A stretch of 63,775 nucleotides of DNA, filler included, from Candidatus Tectimicrobiota bacterium (GCA_016193065.1; 10 parts of 10 records of this genome joined end to end with filler, not necessarily neighbours in it), one strand, 5' to 3'. Counted from the whole stretch's first letter, positions 18,155-28,034 are shown. Translations and numbers: made by a program. The notes: generated from the letters alone by a model not told the origin.

Positions 18155-19163
18155 ATGATCGCCGAGATCCTCTCCGTAGGCACCGAGCTTCTCCTGGGCC
18201 ATACGGACACGAACGCTTCCTACCTGGCCACCCAACTGGCCCGCTACGGTATCGACCTCCACTGGATCTCGCAGGTGGGGGACAATCGCGAACGCCTGAC
18301 TGAGGCCATCGCCCGGGCCTGGAGCCGCTCGCAGCTCATTTTGATCACTGGAGGGCTGGGACCCACCGAAGACGACCTGACTCGCGAGGCCATTGCCGAC
18401 GCCCTGGGAGAACCGCTGGCCATCGATCCGGATCAGGCCCGGGAGCAGGAAGCCACCTACGTCGCCCAGGGCAGGTCCCTCCCCATGCCTGCGGGCCGCC
18501 TCAAGCAGTCCGCCCGCATCCCCTCGGCCTGCTTTCTTCCCAACCACTACGGAACGGCACCCGGCTGGCTGGTGGCGAAAGACGGCAAGATCCTGGCCAC
18601 CATGCCCGGCGTGCCCGTGGAAATGACCCACATGTGGGAGGAAGAGATCGTCCCCCGCCTCAGAGACCTGGGGTGCATCACGCACACGATTCACTCCCGC
18701 ACCTTGAAGATGCTCGGGATCGGCGAATCCATGGTCGAGGACGAGATTCGGGATCTCATCCACTCTTCCAATCCCACGGCGGCGACCTATGCCACCCGCA
18801 CCGGAGTCCATGTCCGGATCACGGCCAAGGCCGCCGCCGTGGCGGAGGCCGAGGCCATGATTGCCCCCCTGGAGCGCGAGATACGCGCCCGTCTGGGCAA
18901 ATATATTTACGGTGTCGACGAAGAAGGGATCGGAGCCAGCGTGAACCGCCTTCTCCGGCAACACGGTCTCACGCTGGCCACTGTGGAAATCGGCAGTGCG
19001 GGAAGCCTGTGCGCGATGCTAACCGAGGGTAAAGAGCCTTCTTCCTACCGGGGCGGGATCGTACTCTCCAATGGCCGCGACATCAGATCTTTCTGCCCGG
19101 CCGCGGGGCTGATTGAGACCCCAGACACAGAGGACCCCGGGACTTTGCAGGCCCTCGCTGCCC
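18155..19163 (+). CDS. cinA: Competence/damage-inducible protein CinA (3' truncated)
   Basis: AEILSVGTELLLG, VGDN, TGGLGPTEDDLT, GTAPG, PGVPVEM, GIGES. Confidence 0.92.
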
Positions 19164-19263
19164 NNNNNNNNNNNNNNNNNNNNNNNNNNNNNNNNNNNNN
19201 NNNNNNNTTAATTAATTAANNNNNNNNNNNNNNNNNNNNNNNNNNNNNNNNNNNNNNNNNNNN
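19164..19263. other. Contig-join linker
   Basis: N-TTAATTAATTAA-N. Confidence 0.98.
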
Positions 19264-19565
19264 TCCTGAGCAATGCTCCCCAGAGCCCGATCCTCTAGCT
19301 CGGGCAGCGCGCTACCCGAAACCACGGCGGGCACCGCCGGGGAATTGATCTCGCGATCCAAGCTCTCCAGAGCGATGCTCCCCAGAGCACGATCCTGCCG
19401 ACTCCACATCGCGCTTTCCTCGACCGTGGTGGAAACCGCCGGGGAAGCAATCTCCCGATCCAGGCTCTCCTGAGCGATGCTCCCAAACTCTGCCCAGGCA
19501 CTGGCAGCCCCAAGAATCAGCGCTGCCGCTACCGCCAAACCCCAAAGACCTTTGCCTAACTTCAT
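19264..19565 (-). CDS. Secreted GSIAQ/SLDREI tandem-repeat protein, paralog A (3' truncated by contig end)
   Basis: Signal peptide MKLGKGLWGLAVAAALILGAASAWA-E; repeats GSIAQESLDREI / GSIALESLDREI / GSIAQ; GGGAGG RBS. Confidence 0.8.
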
Positions 19566-19638
19566 GTGCATTCCTCCCGCTAAATCCTTTTGTTTAGTTC
19601 TAGTCGCCTGCCCCTGTTGGCAGGTCCAGTTGATCCCT

Positions 19639-19668
19639 ATTATAGACCGTGAAGGTCTACTTTGTCAA
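19639..19668 (-). promoter_or_regulatory. Consensus sigma70 promoter with embedded palindromic operator
   Basis: TTGACA-N18-TATAAT; TAGACC-N5-GGTCTA at 19643-19659. Confidence 0.75.
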
Positions 19669-19796
19669 GGCTATTACTAATGTATTTTACTTAGATGACT
19701 AGTAGGGGTGGAAACATCACTCCCGAATTGGCCGCTCTCCAACAGATCACCGGTACCCATGGCCAGTGAGCTGTCGTTTTCCCGTCCTTTGCCCTT

Positions 19797-20363
19797 CTAG
19801 TCCGAAAGCTCAATAAAAAAGGGCCGTCGGGAAAGGTCAACCGAGACGGCTTCTGCGGTGATAAATTGCGTGCCGAATTTTTCCGCCTGCGCCCTCGTCC
19901 TCTGCATCAGCTCCGGCCCCTGCACTCCGTCCGGAAATCCCGGGTAGTTTTCTACGAGCGTTGTGGTAAAGAGCTGTCCCCCGGGGTCGCGACCTTCAAC
20001 CACTATAGGCTTCAGGCCTGCCCGAGCCGCGTAGATGGCCGCAGTGAGCCCCGCCGATCCTGAACCGAAAATGACAAGTCTGGTCTTGATCTCACTGGGT
20101 TTTTCGCCAAGACCCAGAAGCTGATCCAGCTTGCCTTTATTCGCAAGGTCACGCAGCTCATCAAATCCGCCGACAAGCTCGCCATCGATGAAAATCTCCG
20201 GCACGGTTTTCCGGCCCAGGGCTCTCTCCAGCATCTCCTTTAGTTTCCCAGGGTTTTCTTCCACATCGATCTCAATAAACTCCTGCCCTTTTTCCCTGAG
20301 AAGCTCCTTGGCCTTATGACAAAATGGACAATCCTTTTTGGTATAGACTTCAATCTTAGGCAT
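19797..20363 (-). pseudogene. Glutaredoxin-thioredoxin reductase fusion, truncated after about 100 aa of TrxB
   Basis: CPFC, TVPEIFI, GGFD (Grx) followed by [26 protein letters not shown] (TrxB); no CxxC or NADPH domain. Confidence 0.8.
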
Positions 20364-20389
20364 ATTACTTCTCCTCTTTACGGCGATGG

Positions 20390-20931
20390 TTAGGGGGTCG
20401 CATCAACCTTAGCCATGCGTATCCGCAATCGACCGGCCGGCGATATACCGAAAAGAATACCTGCGGCTGCCACCAAGCTGTTAAGAGAAAGGATGGAAAG
20501 GTCCGTCAGCGCATTTCCGATGTCACAGCCACCCGCCACCGTTCCGCCAAATCCCATGAGAAGCCCTCCCGGAAGGCGCCTGGGTAGCTCAGAAGCCTCG
20601 GGCACGAGCCAGGGAAGTTGCTCAGCCCTTGGCCGACACCATCCTCCAGCCAAAAATCATCCCTCCTATGCCGGCAGCCAGCCACGTTAAAGGTGGAATC
20701 GGGACAATGAGGAGCCCACTTTCCGCCAGAATGTTAATGACGAGCAGTTGGTACCCCGAGCGCAAGCAGGTAAGCAAGAAACGATGAAGAGCCCTCACTC
20801 TAAACGAGTTTCTGAAAAGCACCGTGCATGCAGAAATCCCCCCGATGGATGACCACTCCGAGGGGGATGCCGATCAGAAGCCCTATACCCGCGCTCAAAA
20901 CCAGAGAAACATCCTTGATAACATACAGCAT
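20390..20931 (-). pseudogene. YeeE/YedE (TsuA-like) sulfur transporter pseudogene, possibly ancestrally Sec-containing
   Basis: HRGDFCMH, GGMIFG..MVSAKG-TGA, GGLLMGFG...AGGCDIG; internal TAG, frameshift and large deletion. Confidence 0.75.
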
Positions 20932-20935
20932 ATGG

Positions 20936-20952
20936 NNNNNNNNNNNNNNNNN
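20936..20952. other. Intra-scaffold N gap
   Basis: 17 N without linker. Confidence 0.95.
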
Positions 20953-20967
20953 ACCCTCTGACATGAT

Positions 20968-22617
20968 TTACCTCTGGTCCATCAGTTCAAGCCCGAAGCG
21001 GATGGGGATGCCGAAATTAGAGCCCGTGAAACTCACCAGCACGGCATGATTGATCCCTATGACTTTCCCCCTGGTATTCACGATGGGGCTACCGCTCCCG
21101 CCAGAGGTGGTAAGGGCATCATAGGTTAACTGGTGAGGTCGTACATCGGAGACGTGACCCCAGGTAGCCAAAGGTCGAATCAATCCCTGCTGGGATAGCT
21201 CATTGATAATCTCATTCACCCGGCTGCCTTGAGTTTCAATCATCTTCCTAAGAGTGGCGGGATCGACCCTAGCCAGCAGCGCTTCTACCCCAGTCGGATA
21301 ACCGATCAAAATAACCGGCCTTCCTACAATTGCTGCCCCCGGACTGCTGTCCAGATTGAGGACGGGAAGCTTCACTCCTTTTTGGTCGAAGCGGAGAAGG
21401 GCGACATCGGCTTTGTCGGAGAGCCGGTGGGTGCGCAATGGGAAAGGTTCTTTAATCCCTGGAAAGAAGGCTCTGGAGAGAATGCTCACCGGACGAAAAC
21501 CAGAATCTATAAAAGGCTTTGCTCCTTGGTCTTCCCACCAAGGCTCAGCCACATGGCGGTTGGTTAAAATTTCACCAGCCCTGACCAAAAAGCCCGTCCC
21601 ACTGGAACGAATAGAGACTATCGGGCCCTTCCCCTCAACAGAGACCGGCGCCTCTCCTGCGGCATCCCGTACGGGTTCCCCCGAGGAATCAACCCTGGAA
21701 AAACGGATTCTGCGCCCTGCTTGATCTTCAAAGGTATAAACCACCTCGAGGAAGGCCACACCCCCCATATCCCTCTGGATCACGCTTTCCCCGGCCTTTT
21801 CTTCTCTTTCAAGATCATGAATTTTCCGAGTGGCAACGCTAAGTTGCGATTCCAAATCTCTAATTCTCGCGTCCCCTTGTTCTGCAAGGTCAGTGGAGTC
21901 CTTGAGTTGGGTCTCCAGGCGGTCCCGCTCTTGGCGCAACCGAGTAAGGGCCGCCTCGGTCTCTGTGCGGTAGTGGGTCAATTGCTCCCTGGCTTCTAGA
22001 AGGCGTTTTTCCAACTCTTTTTGCGACAGGCGATCCGATTGCATCTCCCCGGAAAGGCGAAGTAAAGATTTCTCGTAATGAAGTCGGTCTACATAGGACT
22101 TGTACAGAAATAGGGGAGATCCGACAATGGAAGCGATCATCAGAAATAAGATCGAAAAAACCGAGACCCGAACCTTCCAGGAGGCTTCTCGATAGACCTC
22201 TTGCAACATCGTTTTGAAGAATGAAGGAAAGGCCACGAGTCTATTCTTTCCGCCCAATATGGTGCGGTCAAAACAATCCGCACAGATATCCCGGAAAGGC
22301 TTGCAGGGCTGATCTTCAGGACGAATCCTGAAGCGGACCTTGGGTCCGCCCTCGCCAAACTCGATAATATCCCCATCCTGCAGGATGATTTCAGGAGCCA
22401 TCCGATTATTGACAAAGGTCCCCCGTCCCTTGTCAGAAAGGCTATATTCACAGTTCTCAAAGCGGATCTCGGCATGAAGTGCAGCTACGAGAGGATCTCT
22501 CTGGAGATCAAAACGGAAATCACATTCCTCCCCTGACCCGATCTTAATGTGCTCCTCGCCCCGGGTTTCAACCGTTCCTCTTTTGCTGCCGGAGAGATGG
22601 ATAAAGGTGGCGGCCAT
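20968..22617 (-). CDS. FHA domain - TM - coiled coil - trypsin-like serine protease
   Basis: HAEI...GTFVN..LQDGDIIEFG (FHA); TM helix; TNRHV, DVALL, GGSGSP catalytic triad motifs. Confidence 0.88.
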   Translation of the reverse strand: MAATFIHLSGSKRGTVETRGEEHIKIGSGEECDFRFDLQRDPLVAALHAEIRFENCEYSLSDKGRGTFVNNRMAPEIILQDGDIIEFGEGGPKVRFRIRPEDQPCKPFRDICADCFDRTILGGKNRLVAFPSFFKTMLQEVYREASWKVRVSVFSILFLMIASIVGSPLFLYKSYVDRLHYEKSLLRLSGEMQSDRLSQKELEKRLLEAREQLTHYRTETEAALTRLRQERDRLETQLKDSTDLAEQGDARIRDLESQLSVATRKIHDLEREEKAGESVIQRDMGGVAFLEVVYTFEDQAGRRIRFSRVDSSGEPVRDAAGEAPVSVEGKGPIVSIRSSGTGFLVRAGEILTNRHVAEPWWEDQGAKPFIDSGFRPVSILSRAFFPGIKEPFPLRTHRLSDKADVALLRFDQKGVKLPVLNLDSSPGAAIVGRPVILIGYPTGVEALLARVDPATLRKMIETQGSRVNEIINELSQQGLIRPLATWGHVSDVRPHQLTYDALTTSGGSGSPIVNTRGKVIGINHAVLVSFTGSNFGIPIRFGLELMDQR

Positions 22618-22761
22618 TGTCTGATCATCCTCCGAGTATGAGTCTCCCGACCCTCTAGCCAGCCCCGTTTGCCTCTTGTCTATTGAGATGAAAGCCGCCC
22701 GAGAAGGATTCAGAGAGATTCCTTCAACCCGGTCAGGATGAGGGAAATAGCACAAGCCCGC

Positions 22762-23070
22762 TCAAAGTGGGGGGTAGCGCTCCCACATCTTCTCGTTCAG
22801 AAAGCGCTTCAGCCGCAGGCGGATCTCGGAGGGCATGCTGTCGCAGGAAATCTCCCGGCTTAAGTCAATCGTCTGCCGGTAGGTCCTCATCATCGCGAAA
22901 CAGTTTGGGCAATCCGTAAAATGAGAATCGAGTCGGGCGCGATCCCCGCCAAGCATGGTTCCGTCCACGTAGTCGATGAGCAGCCGCGTAAGAGCCTCGC
23001 AAGAAATCCCCCTGGTCGCCAGAAGCCAGCAGCCTAAGCTGCTCCACAATTTTCTAAACAGGCTAAACAT
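22762..23070 (-). CDS. zf-HC2 zinc-binding anti-sigma factor (orphan copy)
   Basis: C..LTRLLIDYVDG...HFTDCPNC (HxxxCxxC). Confidence 0.88.
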   Translation of the reverse strand: MFSLFRKLWSSLGCWLLATRGISCEALTRLLIDYVDGTMLGGDRARLDSHFTDCPNCFAMMRTYRQTIDLSREISCDSMPSEIRLRLKRFLNEKMWERYPPL

Positions 23071-23164
23071 CGCCGCCCACTCCTGCTTCGTTTCTTTTGG
23101 ATAGCCCGGACCGGCCGGATACTGAGAACGGAGTCCGGCTCCCGCAACGTGTGAATCTTCTGCG

Positions 23165-23200
23165 AAGAAGAAAAAAGGGGGCCCCGAAGGGCCCCCCGGA
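23165..23200 (-). terminator. Rho-independent terminator after repeat-protein paralog B
   Basis: GC-rich GGGGGCCC-TTCG-GGGCCCCC stem-loop followed by a T-run on the minus strand. Confidence 0.85.
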
Positions 23201-23209
23201 GATTGGCAG

Positions 23210-23536
23210 CTAGCTGATCTCCCGATCCAGACTCTCCTGAGCAATGCTTCCCGGAGCCCGATCCACTAGCTCGGGCAGCGCGCTACCCGAAACCACGGCG
23301 GGCACCGCCGGAGAATTGATCTCCCGATCCAGACTTGCCTGCGCGATGCTGCCCGGGCCTCGGTTCTGCCGATCCCATACCTCGCTTGCGGGCACGGTGG
23401 CGGAAACCGCCGGGGAGTTGATCTCCCGATCCAGACTCGCCTGGGCGATGCTTCCAAACTCTGCCCAGGCACTGGCAGACCCAAGAACCAGGACCGCCGC
23501 AACCGTCAAACCCATCAGACTTTTTCCTGCCTTCAT
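23210..23536 (-). CDS. Secreted GSIAQ/SLDREI tandem-repeat protein, paralog B (108 aa, complete)
   Basis: Signal peptide ending ASAWA-E; three GSIAQ(A/E)SLDREI units; AGGAGG RBS; own terminator. Confidence 0.85.
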   Translation of the reverse strand: MKAGKSLMGLTVAAVLVLGSASAWAEFGSIAQASLDREINSPAVSATVPASEVWDRQNRGPGSIAQASLDREINSPAVPAVVSGSALPELVDRAPGSIAQESLDREIS

Positions 23537-23690
23537 GACCTTCCTCCTAGTTAATCTGTTTGTTGAGTCTCGCTCTCCCGGCTCTATCGCCAGGTTCACT
23601 TACTTCTTGCCTACTAAGATGAAAAAGATCCGGGAAGGATTCAGGAATTTTGCAGATGGGTCGGGATGACGGAACAGAAGAAGGACCAGA

Positions 23691-23999
23691 TTAAAGAGGG
23701 GGGTAGCGCTCCCACATCTTCTCGTTCAGGAAGCGTTTCAGGCGCAGGCGGACCTCGGAAGGCATGCAATCACTGGAAATTCCCCGGCTTAAGTCGATCG
23801 TTTGCCGGTAGGTCCTCATCATCGCGAAACAGTTGGGGCAATCCGTGAAATGAGAATCGAGTCGGACGCGGTCCCCAGCCGGCATGGTTCCGTCCACATA
23901 CTCGATGAGCAGCCGCGTAAGCTCCTCGCAACGAATCCCCCTGGCCGCTAAAAACCACCAGCCCAGGCTGCTCCACAATTTTCTAAACAGGCTAAACAC
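23691..23999 (-). CDS. zf-HC2 anti-sigma factor
   Basis: CEELTRLLIEYVDG...HFTDCPNC; near-identical to 22762-23070. Confidence 0.88.
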   Translation of the reverse strand: MFSLFRKLWSSLGWWFLAARGIRCEELTRLLIEYVDGTMPAGDRVRLDSHFTDCPNCFAMMRTYRQTIDLSRGISSDCMPSEVRLRLKRFLNEKMWERYPPL

Positions 24000-24619
24000 C
24001 GCCTCCCTCTCCTGTTTCGGGCTGCCGGTTGCCCGCATCGGTCAGATACCGGGAGAGGTTCTCCCGTACAAACAGACGCGCCCGATGCAGCCGGGACTTT
24101 ACCGCAGCTACCGACAGACCGCAAATTTGTCCCACCTCCTCGTTGCTCAGACCATCGACATCTTTCAGGAGCAGGACTTCCCGATACTCGCCGGGGAGCT
24201 TTTGAATGGCCGCATCCAGGTGCCTGGCCAGTTCCTTGCTCAAAGCCCCGCCTTCCACCCGGTCCGTCCAGTCCTCCACGGGTCCCGAACCGGGGCATGT
24301 AATCGTCCAGGGAAACCGTGGCTTCTTGTTCCTTCTTGCGCCCCCGGAGCTTCAGGTAGCAGAGATTTTTGGCGGTGGTGAAAACCCATGGCAGGAAAGA
24401 GCCCGGTTCCCTCAGCGTGCCAATCTTCTCCAAAATGGTAACAAAGACCTCCTGGAGTACCTCCTCGGCGTCGGCGCTGTCGCCCGTCATTTTCAGCGCG
24501 TAGTAGTAGAGCTTCTCCTGGCACTGCTCCAGGATAGACTCTAGCGCCGTCTTATCCCCGGATTGGAGTCGCTTGACAGCCTCGGCGAGGGTCGCACTAA
24601 CCTGCATATCCTTGACCAT
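23992..24619 (-). pseudogene. ECF sigma factor, frameshifted by a net 14-nt deletion near 24286
   Basis: DAEEVLQEVF (region 2) and LSNEE...VKSRLHRAR (region 4) lie in different frames; intact paralog has MPRF-NRGHI-GAVEDW. Confidence 0.85.
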
Positions 24620-24845
24620 GGGTCCCAAATTCCCCGGTTTTTAACGTATCCTGGAGTTAGCTGCCCTAAAAGCACAACATCGGGACTGGCCTCCCGGTTC
24701 CCCCGACCGCTCCGTATTCTCAACTCTCTCTAATAAAAACTTTTATCCTGGAAAATCTTCTAGGAATGTAACCTTCCCTACAGTGCAGCTCAATTTGGGG
24801 CTCTAATGTGTTAATTACCGGCTCACGATTCGAGGAGAACGCAGG

Positions 24846-25982
24846 ATGAAACGGCCGAATCCCCTTCTCCTTTTTGCCCTTGTCCTCTACCTTTCCGGAC
24901 TCCCCTTTGCCCTCCGCAGCGATGGCGCGGACGGCGCAAAGTTATGGACGGGGGATGCCCCCTGGAAGACCGATTTTCGCCGCCATTCGGTTCCCCTGGA
25001 GGAGATCATCTCGGGCGGCCCTCCCCGCGACGGGATCCCCTCCATTGACCGCCCCCTTTTTGTTTCTCCCGAAGCAGCGGCATCCTGGCTTTCCGGCGCG
25101 GAGCCCGTGATCCGCCTGGAAGTGGGACGGGAGGCAAAAGCTTATCCACTCCAGATTCTTATGTGGCACGAGATTGTGAACGACGCCATTGCAAGGACAC
25201 CGGTTGCTGTGACCTTTTGTCCGTTGTGCAACTCTGCCTATGTGTTTGACCGCCGCCTGGAAGGAATGATCCTGGAATTTGGCACCACGGGGCGGCTACG
25301 GCACAGCGATCTCATCATGTACGATCGGCAGACCGAGTCCTGGTGGCAGCAGATGACCGGCGACGCGATTGTGGGGAAACTGACGGGGAAGAGGCTCGCT
25401 ACCCTGCCGGCCAGCATGATCTCTTTTGCAGACTTTCGAGCGGCCCATCCGGATGGAAAAGTCCTGTCTCGAAAAACGGGCTTCCGGCGATCCTACGGGC
25501 AAAATCCCTACGTCGGCTACGACCGGATCGACCAGCCACCCTTCCTCTTTCAGGGAAAGATCGACAATCGCCTTCCACCCATGGAACGGGTGGTCACCGT
25601 GAGCGTCGGGACAACCCACAAGGCGTATCCCTATTCAGTCCTCTCCCGCAAGAAGGTCGTGGCGGATGAGGTGAATGGAAAAAGGATTGTGGTTTTTTAC
25701 CTGGAGGGAATGGTCTCCGCCCTTGACGGTCCTGCAATCGCCGAGTCTCGGAAGGTTGGAGCCAGCAGCGTGTTCGAGGACTCCATAGGTGGACGACGCC
25801 TCTCCTTTGTCGAAGAAGGAGGCTTCTTCAAGGACCGGGAGACAAAGAGCACCTGGAACATCCTGGGACAGGCGTTGGCGGGGCCGCTGAAAGGGCGAGC
25901 CCTGACGCCCGTCATTCATGGAGACACATTCGCCTTTGCGTGGTTTGCCTTCAGGCCTGGTACCCTGCTCTACAATCCCTAG
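24846..25982 (+). CDS. DUF3179 domain protein, exported
   Basis: SGGPPRDGIPSID.P, HEIVND, TFCPLC, MYDRQTESWWQQ, FAFAWFAF. Confidence 0.9.
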   Translation: MKRPNPLLLFALVLYLSGLPFALRSDGADGAKLWTGDAPWKTDFRRHSVPLEEIISGGPPRDGIPSIDRPLFVSPEAAASWLSGAEPVIRLEVGREAKAYPLQILMWHEIVNDAIARTPVAVTFCPLCNSAYVFDRRLEGMILEFGTTGRLRHSDLIMYDRQTESWWQQMTGDAIVGKLTGKRLATLPASMISFADFRAAHPDGKVLSRKTGFRRSYGQNPYVGYDRIDQPPFLFQGKIDNRLPPMERVVTVSVGTTHKAYPYSVLSRKKVVADEVNGKRIVVFYLEGMVSALDGPAIAESRKVGASSVFEDSIGGRRLSFVEEGGFFKDRETKSTWNILGQALAGPLKGRALTPVIHGDTFAFAWFAFRPGTLLYNP

Positions 25983-26261
25983 CCAGGTTGCTTAGCAGAA
26001 GGGCAAAGGAAGTCAGTCGCTGACTTCTTGAAGAGCATCCGAAAAAGACATGGAACGACAGGTTGCGCAAAAATGGCTCGTATGCTACGCGGTCAGGAGC
26101 AAAATGTGTGACCTAAAAGTACTTCAGGCGCCGGCGGAGCGGCGAACCCCAAAGATCGCTCGTGTTCTTTCGAGGGTGAGAATGTGGTGAGATGGCCCTA
26201 ATGGATCGGCAACTTGTCGGTCCGTGTGTTCTGGGGACCATTCACAAGAGGAGGGAATTCC

Positions 26262-27482
26262 ATGAGACTTATCGGTCCGATTATCACAGTACTGGCGACC
26301 GGTGTGCTCGGACTGGTCGTGGCAGTGACTGCAGGCCCCCTTCCGACCCACAATCCCTGCGGAGCAGCGAATCCATGCGCTTCCCAGCAGATCACCAATC
26401 CTTGTGCGGCAACAAATCCCTGCGCGGCCCAGGGCCCATCGTCCATCGTCGAGGAGGTCCCCTGGAAGACCGATTTCAGTCGGCACTCGGTTCCACTGGA
26501 GGAGATCACCTCAGGTGGCCAACCCCGAGATGGCATCCCCTCCATTGACCACCCCCGCTTTGTAACTCCACAAGAGGCAGTGTCCTGGCTTGCAGGCGTG
26601 GAGCCCGTAATCAGCCTGAAAGTGGGGGGAGAGGCAAAAGCCTATCCTATGCAGATCCTCACGTGGCACGAAATCGTCAACGATACAATTGCCGGGATAC
26701 CTGTAGCCGTGACCTTCTGTCCCTTGTGCAACGCCGCCTATGTGTTTGACCGGCGTCTGGACGGGCTCACGCTAGAATTCAGCACCTCAGGGTTTCTGCG
26801 CCGCAGCACCCTGATCATGTACGACCGACAGACCGAATCCTGGTGGCAACAATTTATCGGCAACGCCGTTGCCGGAAAGCTTATGGGGAAGCAACTGTCC
26901 CATCTTCCTGCCAGCATCATTTCCTTTGAAGACTTCCGTGCTGCCCATCCCGGAGGCAAAGTACTGTCTCGGGAAACAGGATACGAAAGACCCTACGGGC
27001 GGAATCCTTACGTCGGCTACGACCGAATTGACCAGCCTCCATTTCTCTTCAAGGGGAAGATCGACGACCGTCTTCCCCCAATGGAACGAGTGGTCACCGT
27101 CAACCTTGGTGAGATCCACAAAGCTTACCCACATTCGATTCTTTCCAAGAAGAAAGTCGTGACAGAAGAGCTGGCTGGTAAACAGATCGTGATCTTTTAC
27201 CGGAAGGGAACTGCATCGCCTCTTGATGGACCCAAGATCTCTGAGTCGCGAAGGATTGGATCCACCGGTGTCTTCGAGAGTCACCTGGGCGGGCGTCGCC
27301 TCACTTTTGTCGCAGAAAGAGATTCCTTCAAAGACAGGGAAACAAAAAGCACCTGGAATATTCTGGGACAAGCAGTCGCGGGTCCACTGAAGGGACAGGC
27401 CCTGTCGCCTGTTGTTCACGCCAACCTCTTCGCCTTTGCCTGGTTTGCCTTCAGGCCCAATACGCTTATATACAATCCTTAG
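26262..27482 (+). CDS. DUF3179 domain protein with N-terminal NPC repeats, exported
   Basis: HNPCGAANPCASQQITNPCAATNPCAA then a DUF3179 core; tandem paralog. Confidence 0.9.
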   Translation: MRLIGPIITVLATGVLGLVVAVTAGPLPTHNPCGAANPCASQQITNPCAATNPCAAQGPSSIVEEVPWKTDFSRHSVPLEEITSGGQPRDGIPSIDHPRFVTPQEAVSWLAGVEPVISLKVGGEAKAYPMQILTWHEIVNDTIAGIPVAVTFCPLCNAAYVFDRRLDGLTLEFSTSGFLRRSTLIMYDRQTESWWQQFIGNAVAGKLMGKQLSHLPASIISFEDFRAAHPGGKVLSRETGYERPYGRNPYVGYDRIDQPPFLFKGKIDDRLPPMERVVTVNLGEIHKAYPHSILSKKKVVTEELAGKQIVIFYRKGTASPLDGPKISESRRIGSTGVFESHLGGRRLTFVAERDSFKDRETKSTWNILGQAVAGPLKGQALSPVVHANLFAFAWFAFRPNTLIYNP

Positions 27483-27545
27483 CCGGATTGTTCAGCCAAC
27501 CACGGGAGGATAGAGGAAATCACTTGATAACTTCCATCGAAACGG

Positions 27546-28034
27546 TTACCCCCCGTAATTTAGGTTGTGTTCACGCATGAGAATCGTTTCGTCCTGCCGC
27601 CGCATACCGGCTCCCAGCACTTCTCCCACAAAGAGCGTGTGGTCGCCTTTGGCGACCTCGCCAACAATTTTACACTCCCACCATGCCGGTGCGTTCAGCA
27701 GCAGCGGGCAGCCCGTTGCCGGACCGGGTTCGAAATGCTCCCCGCCGATCGAATCTCCCTGCCGCTGATGCGACTTAAAAAAGTTGAATGCCATGTCCCG
27801 CTGCTCCCTGCCGATGACGTTCATTGCAAAAACACCGGTATCTTTGATATGACGGTGGACACCCGAGTCGACCTTCACGCCAATCGCGACGAGAGGCGGT
27901 TTAAAGGAAGTTTGCGTGATCCAGTTGACAGTAGCCGCACCAACGTCCCGGTCGTCCTTACTCCTGGTTGTGAGGACGAACATTCCGTACGGGATCATGC
28001 GGAGCGCCGTCTTTTTGGCGTTTTCATCGAGCAT
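27546..28034 (-). CDS. Flavin reductase family protein
   Basis: LRMIPYG.FVLT, TQTSF.PPLV, GDHTLFVGEV. Confidence 0.9.
   Translation of the reverse strand: MLDENAKKTALRMIPYGMFVLTTRSKDDRDVGAATVNWITQTSFKPPLVAIGVKVDSGVHRHIKDTGVFAMNVIGREQRDMAFNFFKSHQRQGDSIGGEHFEPGPATGCPLLLNAPAWWECKIVGEVAKGDHTLFVGEVLGAGMRRQDETILMREHNLNYGG

Noticed and set aside
19750-19760. Other GGTACC(C) sites (about 7367, 19752, 20750, 25959) as micro-elements
   Set aside because: They lack the (G/A)CACCC partner arm
23210-23460. Regularly spaced DNA repeats (also 19264-19490) as a CRISPR array
   Set aside because: Period is 102-105 nt and in frame, 'spacers' are homologous between paralogs, they lie in an ORF with signal peptide, and no cas genes are present
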